62,329 nt of DNA, taken from positions 1 through 62,329 of IMG/VR virus record IMGVR_UViG_3300036790_000194. One strand, written 5' to 3'. A model generated the notes under the pieces. The model was not told the origin of the DNA. It did no database searches and worked only from the letters and a program-made list of their open reading frames with translations. Position numbers and translations under genes: made by a program. This DNA is from a virus (Duplodnaviria > Caudoviricetes). Position 1 is the stretch's first letter, and each line of letters opens with the position of its first letter. Below are positions 54,958 through 62,329 of this stretch, piece by piece.

Positions 54958-55419
54958 GTGAGCAATCTTACCGAGTTTATCCGCGAATCGAACAGGATCG
55001 AAGGTATTCTGCGCGATCCGACGAAGGCAGAGATGGTTGCCTCGGAATCCCTCCTTGGCGCCGTGGCAGTTACCATTGCCGATCTGAGCGCCTTTCAGAG
55101 AATTGTCGCGCCAGATAAGCCCCTGCGCAGCAAGCCCGGCATGAACGTCCGTGTGGGAACGCACATCGCGCCGTATGGCGGGGCGAAAATTCAGACTGAA
55201 CTAGCTGCGATTTGTATGCGCGCGAATGACGGCGACGGCCCATGGCTGCTTCATGTCGATTTCGAAACCCTCCATCCGTTCATGGACGGGAACGGACGAA
55301 CTGGACGCATTCTCTGGCTGTGGGCAATGAAACGGCATGGTGAATTGACGCGCGCGCTTGATCTGGGTTTTTTGCACTCGTTCTATTACCAGACGCTTGG
55401 CCTTGCGACCCGTACATGA
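54958..55419 (+). CDS. fic: Fic-domain protein
   Basis: HPFMDGNGRTGR canonical Fic motif; ESN.IEG near the N-terminus. Confidence 0.9.
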   Translation: MSNLTEFIRESNRIEGILRDPTKAEMVASESLLGAVAVTIADLSAFQRIVAPDKPLRSKPGMNVRVGTHIAPYGGAKIQTELAAICMRANDGDGPWLLHVDFETLHPFMDGNGRTGRILWLWAMKRHGELTRALDLGFLHSFYYQTLGLATRT

Positions 55420-55521
55420 ACCGCCCCTACACCCTCATCGCCTTCGTCGCCCTTGCCGCTGCTGTGGCTGGGTGGTTTTGGGCGTCCACGATCACGCACT
55501 TTCCGCCAGCGCCGGCGCAAG

Positions 55522-55548
55522 AAAAAAGCGCGGCCTTTCGACCGCGCT
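55522..55548 (-). terminator. Rho-independent terminator ending the lysis operon
   Basis: AGCGCGG/CCGCGCT stem followed by a T run on the minus strand, between convergent operons. Confidence 0.7.
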
Positions 55549-55567
55549 AGTTGGGTGGGCGAAAAGC

Positions 55568-55996
55568 TTACGAGAATGTCAGCGTCCCGGCAGTATCTTC
55601 GGCAACCTTGACGGTCACTGTGCCGGTCGCGGTGATGGTATTCGTGCCAGGCTGAGGGTCGCCCTCCGCCGTCGCCGTCACCGTCGCATCGCCGGCGGCA
55701 ACGCCCGTGATAACGCAGGTGAGGCCGTCCGTGGCGGGCGCAAGCGTCACCAAGCCGTCAGGCGTGGCCGCCCATGCCGGTACGCTGTAGATGGGATCGC
55801 TGGCCCCGGAATTGTCGGTATAGGCCACAGTTGCGGTTGTGGTGGCCCCAATGTTGATGGATTTGCTCATCGGCGAGACTCCTGTAAGCCCAAATACGAG
55901 GATGCTGGTCCGGCGCTTGGGCTTACGACGGACGCATGTAAGCTCGCGGAGCATTTCAAGGGCCTCGTCCAGCTTTCGCTTGATGTCGCGGTCCAT
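55568..55996 (-). CDS. Ig-like (Big_2-type) domain protein
   Basis: PAW......VTL.....G....ITGVAAG.ATVTATA; a second possible start at 55870. Confidence 0.65.
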   Translation of the reverse strand: MDRDIKRKLDEALEMLRELTCVRRKPKRRTSILVFGLTGVSPMSKSINIGATTTATVAYTDNSGASDPIYSVPAWAATPDGLVTLAPATDGLTCVITGVAAGDATVTATAEGDPQPGTNTITATGTVTVKVAEDTAGTLTFS

Positions 55997-56056
55997 TGAT
56001 CGTGCCTTTTTGGAGCGGTGTCGTTGTAACGCGCGAGCGGGGCGGATGGAAGCGGA

Positions 56057-56314
56057 TTAGTGGTCGGTAGTGGGCGCGGGCGGGCAGTTGGCGGCGACTT
56101 TCAGGTTATGTGCCACCAGCCAAATCTTCTCCCCGCGCGTCCAGCGGCTACTGTAACCGTCATCCGGGTAAAACTGCATCTCCCACCCGCACGCGCTGGG
56201 CACCGTGACGTTGACCACGGGCGGCGGCTGTTGGGTGGAGGGGCCAATCTGAATGAGAGGCATGGTTCCGCAAGCGGTGAGAGTGAGGCAGGCGATGACA
56301 ATGGCGGCCTTCAT
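56057..56314 (-). CDS. Lipoprotein, o-spanin (Rz1)-like
   Basis: Lipobox LTAC; Pro-rich; C.W...T..E...L.AHN......C. Confidence 0.75.
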   Translation of the reverse strand: MKAAIVIACLTLTACGTMPLIQIGPSTQQPPPVVNVTVPSACGWEMQFYPDDGYSSRWTRGEKIWLVAHNLKVAANCPPAPTTDH

Positions 56315-56553
56315 GCGATTATTCGAGGGTCGTGTAGTGGGTCGGAATGTTCTAGTACGTCCGTGCGCGCCTGTTGCAGCATGACGATAATCGCCAATGC
56401 CTCATCGGGAGAAATTGGGAAGCAGCCTTTGAACGGCCCCACGAAATCTATCTGACCGCAGATCGTGCCAGACGCTGCAAAGGCACCAAATTCAGTCGCC
56501 GCCATGAAGCGCTTGGCTTCGTATAGCCGAGGCCGCAGATGCGTTACGTTCAC
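56311..56553 (-). CDS. Hypothetical protein
   Basis: Overlap-coupled on both sides. Confidence 0.5.
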   Translation of the reverse strand: MNVTHLRPRLYEAKRFMAATEFGAFAASGTICGQIDFVGPFKGCFPISPDEALAIIVMLQQARTDVLEHSDPLHDPRIIA

Positions 56554-56759
56554 GGCCTCGGCCTCTTCAGCGCCTCGTCCAACTGCGCGTCGGTCATGCC
56601 ATCAACCTGCTGGTCGATCTGCGCCGCGCGCGCATCGTCTTTGGCCGTTTGCCGCAGGTCCGCGTTCTGCTGCTGCGCCTGCCCGAGCTGCTGGTCTGTG
56701 GCGGATTGCTTCGTGCCGCCGAACAGCCAGCCGAGGAGCCATGAGATCCAGCCCGGCAT
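56550..56759 (-). CDS. i-spanin-like protein
   Basis: Hydrophobic N-terminus plus helical Q/A/D tail (MTDAQLDEAL); upstream of the lipoprotein. Confidence 0.55.
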   Translation of the reverse strand: MPGWISWLLGWLFGGTKQSATDQQLGQAQQQNADLRQTAKDDARAAQIDQQVDGMTDAQLDEALKRPRP

Positions 56760-57094
56760 TACGCCGCCGGAGCAACCGCCGTCTGCACGGCCCTGTAAGC
56801 CGCCTGAACGGCAAACTGTGCGTCGGCCACGGCAACCGCTTTGCCTTGGATTTCAACCTGCTGAACCACATCAACGACCGCGGCCCCAAATTTTTCTGCG
56901 CCCGATAGGACCAGCGGAGCTTGCTTCAGGACCGCGCCAATCGCGATCTGCCCAACGGCGGACAGGAAGGCTTCGAGGTCGGAAACCACGACGGGCCCGA
57001 TCTGGGCAGCAAGAACGGCAACGTCGCCCTCAAGCTTGGCGACTGCGGCCTTCGCTTCGGCTTCGAGATTGGCGAACCATGTTGAAAGGGACAT
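56759..57094 (-). CDS. Ala/Val-rich lysis-region protein
   Basis: RBS AGGAGG; amphipathic; SGAEK..A motif. Confidence 0.65.
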   Translation of the reverse strand: MSLSTWFANLEAEAKAAVAKLEGDVAVLAAQIGPVVVSDLEAFLSAVGQIAIGAVLKQAPLVLSGAEKFGAAVVDVVQQVEIQGKAVAVADAQFAVQAAYRAVQTAVAPAA

Positions 57095-57127
57095 TGGACC
57101 TCCTGTGCGCCGAGGCGCGGGTTAGAT

Positions 57128-57264
57128 GATGCGGGCCAATCGTGAATTGGCTTGTGGCGATTTCTCTCTCGCAAGAGCCAGGACCATTCCGTGCTCGCCT
57201 TGTCCTAGTCGGAGGTTTGTGTGTCTTGCCCGCAGGCACCTACTAAGGACCACACCGCCGCATC
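57128..57264 (-). ncRNA. Candidate structured RNA (multi-stem junction)
   Basis: Nested helices, two with UGCG loops, in a 200-bp intergenic gap (see findings); folded by eye only. Confidence 0.4.
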
Positions 57265-57295
57265 CCCGCCAAAGTGCGCTTGGTTGTGGCGGCCG

Positions 57296-57631
57296 TCAAG
57301 GTGCGGCTGCGCTGTCTTTCACGATCAGGCGCCTATATGTGCTGATGCAGTCCTGCGCGTCGGCCAGAGCATTTGCGGCACTTCGTGAATGCGGGTCTTG
57401 CGCCAATTCCGCCTGCGCATCGTCGCGATCACGCTGGCAATCGCGCTTCTGCAATTGATAGACCGTCACGTCCACGGTGCTGAGATGCTTGGCGATACCG
57501 TCAACGGCCTGCTCCAGCGTTTTGCCCTGCGCGACAGTTACCCAAGGAAAGCCATAGCCGACGCCAGCGGCAAGCGCACCAAGTGCGACAAGGCTGCTGG
57601 CGTAACCGGCCAAGGCTTTGAGAGGTGCCAT
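57296..57631 (-). CDS. Single-TM protein with a Cys pair
   Basis: Start MAPLKAL; TM then helical region with DC...DC. Confidence 0.65.
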   Translation of the reverse strand: MAPLKALAGYASSLVALGALAAGVGYGFPWVTVAQGKTLEQAVDGIAKHLSTVDVTVYQLQKRDCQRDRDDAQAELAQDPHSRSAANALADAQDCISTYRRLIVKDSAAAP

Positions 57632-57816
57632 CAGTCGCTTGGGATTGCCGCGAGATAAGCTTCCAGCGCCGCCTTGAGCGGATTGCTGTCGTCGAGGCTG
57701 TCGCACCAGTCCTGAATGTCGCTCACATCGGCCTGTGGCGGCGCGACGTTCGCTAGAGGATGAAGAATAACGACTTTGGGGTGCATTCCGCCGCTGCCGC
57801 CGCCAGATGAAGACAT
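57631..57816 (-). CDS. Hypothetical protein
   Basis: RBS AAGGA; coupled. Confidence 0.55.
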   Translation of the reverse strand: MSSSGGGSGGMHPKVVILHPLANVAPPQADVSDIQDWCDSLDDSNPLKAALEAYLAAIPSD

Positions 57817-57819
57817 GTG

Positions 57820-58173
57820 CTATTCCTTTCGTGGGTGGGAATCGAATTGTGGGGCTGGAGGTATTTTGATACCCTGTTTTTCCGCAGCGACCTCCACTCT
57901 CTGCGACCAATAAGATACCTGAAATAGGTCGCGTGACAACTCCGTGCTTTTGTCGCTGAGACCTTCCGCCTTAGCCATAAGCATGGGCGCACCGACCAAG
58001 CTCACCACGAGCGACGTTATCGCAATCACGAGGTTGATTATCAGCATGGATGAAAGCATCCACATGAATGGACGCGCGACGCTTTCTGGAACCTGATAGT
58101 TGTTTACAATCGCCACGCCGGAATCTGTAGCGTTCGCGACCGGCGCGCCTTCGACATCAAGCTTTCCGTCCAT
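57820..58173 (-). CDS. Single-TM protein
   Basis: Start MDGKLD; central hydrophobic segment. Confidence 0.6.
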   Translation of the reverse strand: MDGKLDVEGAPVANATDSGVAIVNNYQVPESVARPFMWMLSSMLIINLVIAITSLVVSLVGAPMLMAKAEGLSDKSTELSRDLFQVSYWSQRVEVAAEKQGIKIPPAPQFDSHPRKE

Positions 58174-58442
58174 CAATGCCCCGACGCGGTGATCCCAAAT
58201 CTGACGATGAAATAGCCGAGGCTCAATACCATAGTTCCCAGCAAAGCGTACATCCATTTGTCGAACCGGCCTGTGACGGCGGTCGAGAACGTGGTGAATT
58301 CGGCCTTCATGTTCTGCAGCGCGCGCTGAATTTCGGCGTGGCGGACTTCACAAATCGCCTCGTGGGATTCGACCCGGTATTGCGCCTGTGCTGCCAATTC
58401 GATGGCCCTCGTGTCGATGTGAACCTGCGCCCTATCCGCCAT
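58173..58442 (-). CDS. Coiled-coil plus C-terminal TM protein (XhlA/holin-like)
   Basis: HE.IC..R...I...L then TM; RBS GGGGGAG. Confidence 0.65.
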   Translation of the reverse strand: MADRAQVHIDTRAIELAAQAQYRVESHEAICEVRHAEIQRALQNMKAEFTTFSTAVTGRFDKWMYALLGTMVLSLGYFIVRFGITASGH

Positions 58443-58547
58443 GTCTCCCCCGAATGAAACGCTTTCCGGTCGCATTGGTTACACCTTGGCATCATTCGTA
58501 ACAGAAAATTCATTACTTGCAATTGCTTAGTAGCTACGGAAGCGCGC

Positions 58548-58946
58548 TTATTGCGCCCCGTCGCATTTGCCCACGCGGGGGTAAAACACATTATTCGTTG
58601 GGTACTCTTCTCCGAAAACCTTCTGCCACAACATCGCAGTACTGCGCAGATCATTCGCATGCATCAAGTTTCGGATGTTGTCGCTTTCGCAGAATTGAGT
58701 TTCAATCTCAATCAAATCTCTCTGTATTGCGGCCACGCTGCTGTCCAGTTGCGCCCTGTCTCGTAAGGAAACGTCCGCTTTCGCCTCAAGCGTCCCGATG
58801 CGGCCCTCATGAATGGCGACGGTATCCTGAAGGTGTGTAACGGTGACAAACCAGCCCAAGACGCTGGCAAGAATCATGAACGCGCCCGCAATGGCAGGAA
58901 CCCATTGCATCCACCGCGAACCATTGCCGCCGGGGGCATCGGCCAC
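58548..58946 (-). CDS. N-terminal TM plus coiled-coil protein with a Cys pair
   Basis: WVPAIAGAFMILASVLGWF TM; heptads; two Cys. Confidence 0.65.
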   Translation of the reverse strand: MADAPGGNGSRWMQWVPAIAGAFMILASVLGWFVTVTHLQDTVAIHEGRIGTLEAKADVSLRDRAQLDSSVAAIQRDLIEIETQFCESDNIRNLMHANDLRSTAMLWQKVFGEEYPTNNVFYPRVGKCDGAQ

Positions 58947-58950
58947 GGCG

Positions 58951-59301
58951 TTATTTCGCGACGCTCGGCGCGTAACTTTTCACGATCTGCGCGGCGGTTG
59001 CGTCGGTCGCTGGAATTGGTTCTCCGGCGCGATCAACAAGAACACCTCCCGCAGTAGCAAGATGGAGCGTCGCGTTGACGGCCGCAGTTGTTTTCTTTCG
59101 AGAGGCGATGTAGTTCGCGAAAGCGTTATAAACGCCCCATGCCGCCGGACCGACTACCATGATGGAGCCTGCAACAATCTCGACCCATTTGTACGCGCCA
59201 GATGTTGCCAGCCCATTCCCCGCCATGACCGTTCCGATCACGATCAGAAATGAACGGATTGACGAAAAGACGGCGTTGATGTTCGGTTCGCTCGCGTCCA
59301 T
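58951..59301 (-). CDS. Putative holin (two TM)
   Basis: S.IRS.L...G..M...G...G......A.WG; close to the endolysin candidate. Confidence 0.6.
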   Translation of the reverse strand: MDASEPNINAVFSSIRSFLIVIGTVMAGNGLATSGAYKWVEIVAGSIMVVGPAAWGVYNAFANYIASRKKTTAAVNATLHLATAGGVLVDRAGEPIPATDATAAQIVKSYAPSVAK

Positions 59302-59304
59302 CGG

Positions 59305-59466
59305 TTAAAGCCTTCCGGCCAAAATCAGAATCAGAATAATCACGAGAACGAGGCCCAGCCCGCCGCCGCCCCAGTTCGGATTGAGGCCGACATGGTTGAA
59401 GCCGCCTGCGTAGCCGCCGAGCAGCAACACTATGAGAACGATCAAAAGTATCAGGCCGATGCTCAT
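59305..59466 (-). CDS. DUF3309-like small membrane protein (53 aa, not in the ORF track)
   Basis: MSIGLILLIVLIVLLLGG...GGGGLGLVLVIILILILAGRL; RBS AAGGA. Confidence 0.75.
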   Translation of the reverse strand: MSIGLILLIVLIVLLLGGYAGGFNHVGLNPNWGGGGLGLVLVIILILILAGRL

Positions 59467-59477
59467 GGCGAAATCCT

Positions 59478-59936
59478 TTATGGTTCAACGGTCAGCGTTG
59501 TCGCTCCCGAGCGGGTCGCGTCCCTGATCTTGGGGTATATACGCCTGTAAGCGGCTTGGGAACCAAGGATGGCCGGTGTTTGGCCGGGTACATAGGCAGG
59601 CTGTGGAGTGTCGCCGACCAAAATGCAGCCGCGCGTGTCGATTTCGGTGTTGCCGCAATGGATGAGGATGCCAGACCTGCCGGGCACATTCTGGACGCCG
59701 ATCATGCCGGGGTGGCCGCCCCCCGGCAGGTTGCCGAACAGCTTGGCGTAGGCGGGCTGCATGTCGCTATCAGACCGTAATTCGAGCGGATATGTGCCCG
59801 GCGGGATGCGTGATTCCTCGAGGAGATTGCCAGCGTCCGGCAGTTCAAGCGTGAAGGCCCCGAATTTGCCGTCAAGCGCGAGCGTTCCCAGTGTACCGCG
59901 AGGGTCCGTCGAGAATCTGGAGAGTGTCAAGATCAT
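59478..59936 (-). CDS. DUF5675-family protein, putative endolysin
   Basis: TLG.L......FTLE.P......SRIP.GTY...NVPGRSGILIH.GN...DT.GCILVG...S..A. Confidence 0.8.
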   Translation of the reverse strand: MILTLSRFSTDPRGTLGTLALDGKFGAFTLELPDAGNLLEESRIPPGTYPLELRSDSDMQPAYAKLFGNLPGGGHPGMIGVQNVPGRSGILIHCGNTEIDTRGCILVGDTPQPAYVPGQTPAILGSQAAYRRIYPKIRDATRSGATTLTVEP

Positions 59937-62329
59937 CAGCACGCCGTCACGATGCCGCCAACGACCGTAAACCCGGACGTAGGCGAGCCGCTACAGGAGG
60001 CAGGAATGGCGGCCCCGTACTGGCTATAGGTCGCGTTCGGGTTGGCGAAAACCCATGTGTTCGGCTCTGCGCCGCCAATCAGCGCCACATTCTGCGCCGC
60101 GCTACTCAGCAAATTGCCCTGAACGCCGACGCCCTGAACGACGTTGCTGTCTCCCGCGCCGCCCCAGAATTTGGAATTGTCGATCAACGCGCCATAGGTT
60201 GTGGTGCTTGGCGTCGAGTCCGTCCACTTCGTCTGCACCCCAAGGACTTTCTCGAAAGAGCCGGTCAAATGCACCGCCGCCATGCTGCTATTCGCAACCG
60301 CGCCCGCTATGATGATTTGCTTGCCCTGTAATTCATACCCGAAGAAATCGTTGTACGGCGAAATCCCACCGACAACATTGCCGAGATACAAATTGTAATT
60401 GGCTTGGCGATCTTCAATATCAATCAAATTTCCCTGAATGTTGCTGTTCTGGATCGTCGCGTAGTTAGCGGTTTTATCACCAAGCCATGAGAACGGCGCG
60501 TGCGATGAGAACCATGGGAATTCATTGAAATTCTTCTGAATGAACATGTGATCGAAACGGAAGCTCGTGATTTGCACGCCCGGAACACAGCCCGGAACTG
60601 TTATGTCGCAATCACCAAAATGCACATCGCCCGTCGTGCCGTTGAACGCTCCGACGTTGGTGTAAACCTCCTCTTCACCGCCATCGATACCAAGCGCAAA
60701 ATTGGCCAGCATGTTGGCGTCGAAGGAAAGATAACTAGCCCCTCCACCAACAGCCACTCCATTCGCTTCCAGCCCGGCATATGTATTGCCATTCACATCC
60801 GGCGTCGGCGGCGCGACCAATTCAAATTGAGACGAGCCGAGGTCGGTGCCGCAAAGACTGTTATTGCCCTGAGGCAGGAAAACCGTATTGGTGATGATGA
60901 ACGTCCGATTGGACGGCACGCATATATTTTGCAGGGGAAGGGCAGAAGAATACGCGGCGTTGATGAATGCCGTATCATCGTGGCCGTAAACGACCTGTCC
61001 AGTCTTGGAATATTTCTGGTTGATAACTGCGTTGCCGACATTCGCGACAGGTGTCACGCCATCCGATTGATAGACGGTGTATGTTCCTGTGGCGCTGCCG
61101 GGACACAGATTCGATATGCCTGTTGCCGAACAGAATTGTGCCGGAGGTGCGGCATTGAGATTCACTTGCGAGAACACATTTATGCCTGCACCGCCGCCGA
61201 GTCCGCTATTGACGGAAATCGCGCTCCCAACAACACTCTGAACCTGCAGCACTGTCCCAGCCGTACAAGAGGTCGCGCAGCCCTGATCGTTCAGAACGAC
61301 AAATTGCCCAACTGCGAATCCGCTTCCACCGAGAGCGGTGCTTGTATCTTGCGCGAGGCTTTGGACTTTGACGCCAATACGGGACGCGAGGAAATTGGTC
61401 GGCGCGGGTTCTCCGGCAGGAACGGTAATAACCGCAGATGCACCGTTGACGCTGGCAATCGTGCCGTAGAATGTTCCGTTTGGAAGTGTGAGCGTATCGG
61501 TTGTGCTTGATGCCGTGGCATTTCCATTCATGGTCGCACACCAGTCGCCCCAGACGGAGATTGACGTTCCCGCATGGCTTCCTGTCGCTGCCGAAGCAAG
61601 CGTGACGGAATTTGCTCCAACAGCCGTAATAGAAATCGCCGCTACACCTGTCGCATAGACCAACATGCCGGGCTGCATCTGAGATGTATCGGAAATGCTA
61701 TCAATCGTTGTCGTGCCGTGCGTGCTGCCCGTTGTATTGACGAGGCAGTAGGAAAGCTTGGTGAAGCTCCTGCCTATTAGTGCGCCAGCACTATCGGACG
61801 TGATAGGCACGCCTTTGTCGATGCCATATGGGCCGCTGAAATTGTTCCCCGTGATAGAATTGAGGCCAAAGCTGAGATTGAAAATCAGATTGCTGCCGCT
61901 GTTGACAATGCCCTGCTCGTAAATCGGAGCGGCACCGGAGACAGCGATAGGATTGCCTACAGCACTTGCGGAGAAGGTCCCTGAAAGCAGCGTCGCCGTG
62001 GTAATGCCTCCGCTCGTGGAGACGTTTGCACCAGCAGCGACGCGCGTAGCATCGCCATGCGCGCCCCATTGCAGAATACTGGTGACTGGAGATGTGGCAT
62101 TGAAGCAATTTCCGGCAGCATCACAAAGAATGGAGCCGCCATTATCAGTCTGGCCAGGAGCGCCAAGCACATAGACCGCGCCGCCACCTCCATCACCAGC
62201 AGAATGATACCCTGCGAACGTGATGTTATATAATTTCCCCCAGTTGGCCCCAGCAGAATGGAAAAAATCAACGCTTGTAAGCTCTACAACGGCACTGGGC
62301 TGGGAGGCGGCAATCGCCATACTCGCCCA
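59936..62329 (-). CDS. Tailspike / receptor-binding protein, 5'-truncated at the window end
   Basis: Frame open to 62329; GYHSAGDGGGG, QWGAHGD...DDTAFINAA and beta-helix-like C-terminal half; 14 Cys. Confidence 0.8.
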   Translation of the reverse strand, partial: WASMAIAASQPSAVVELTSVDFFHSAGANWGKLYNITFAGYHSAGDGGGGAVYVLGAPGQTDNGGSILCDAAGNCFNATSPVTSILQWGAHGDATRVAAGANVSTSGGITTATLLSGTFSASAVGNPIAVSGAAPIYEQGIVNSGSNLIFNLSFGLNSITGNNFSGPYGIDKGVPITSDSAGALIGRSFTKLSYCLVNTTGSTHGTTTIDSISDTSQMQPGMLVYATGVAAISITAVGANSVTLASAATGSHAGTSISVWGDWCATMNGNATASSTTDTLTLPNGTFYGTIASVNGASAVITVPAGEPAPTNFLASRIGVKVQSLAQDTSTALGGSGFAVGQFVVLNDQGCATSCTAGTVLQVQSVVGSAISVNSGLGGGAGINVFSQVNLNAAPPAQFCSATGISNLCPGSATGTYTVYQSDGVTPVANVGNAVINQKYSKTGQVVYGHDDTAFINAAYSSALPLQNICVPSNRTFIITNTVFLPQGNNSLCGTDLGSSQFELVAPPTPDVNGNTYAGLEANGVAVGGGASYLSFDANMLANFALGIDGGEEEVYTNVGAFNGTTGDVHFGDCDITVPGCVPGVQITSFRFDHMFIQKNFNEFPWFSSHAPFSWLGDKTANYATIQNSNIQGNLIDIEDRQANYNLYLGNVVGGISPYNDFFGYELQGKQIIIAGAVANSSMAAVHLTGSFEKVLGVQTKWTDSTPSTTTYGALIDNSKFWGGAGDSNVVQGVGVQGNLLSSAAQNVALIGGAEPNTWVFANPNATYSQYGAAIPASCSGSPTSGFTVVGGIVTAC

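Noticed and set aside
1-62329. Alternative genetic code
   Set aside because: Core genes are full length in the standard code and TAA, TAG and TGA all end genes at coupled junctions; the single in-frame TAA at 19397 is isolated.

Overview
The window is an essentially complete ~62 kb genome of a short-tailed (podovirus-like) dsDNA phage, probably infecting Alphaproteobacteria (it carries a GapR/DUF2312 homolog). The two window ends appear to fall inside one tailspike gene, so the sequence looks circularly permuted. On the minus strand lie a replication block (SNF2-like helicase, DNA methyltransferase, GapR-like, DUF559-like nuclease, Toprim primase, RepA/AAA_25 helicase, iteron-like origin), a tRNA-Cys-like gene, terS/terL, portal, a DUF2829 (Tad2-like) protein, a GroES-like protein, scaffold, capsid, tail adaptor/nozzle proteins, ejection proteins including a 1830-aa polyvalent protein, receptor-binding proteins and a long lysis cassette. 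On the plus strand (41.6-55.5 kb) lie small early genes, a RecE-like/AAA_24/SMC-like recombination block, an HNH endonuclease, a DEDDh exonuclease, an IS1595-family element with a passenger gene and a Fic protein. The most striking observation is that the tail fibre and tailspike-type proteins carry cleavable Sec-type signal peptides and even numbers of cysteines, implying a periplasmic, disulfide-folded route for building the receptor-binding apparatus. Other highlights are a shared xxGG motif across six putative internal head proteins, a leader-peptide/pseudoknot element upstream of the primase-helicase genes, a candidate structured RNA in the lysis cassette, and an HNH gene that supplies a recoded copy of the start of the gene it sits in. 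All family assignments are motif recognition by eye; no database search was run.
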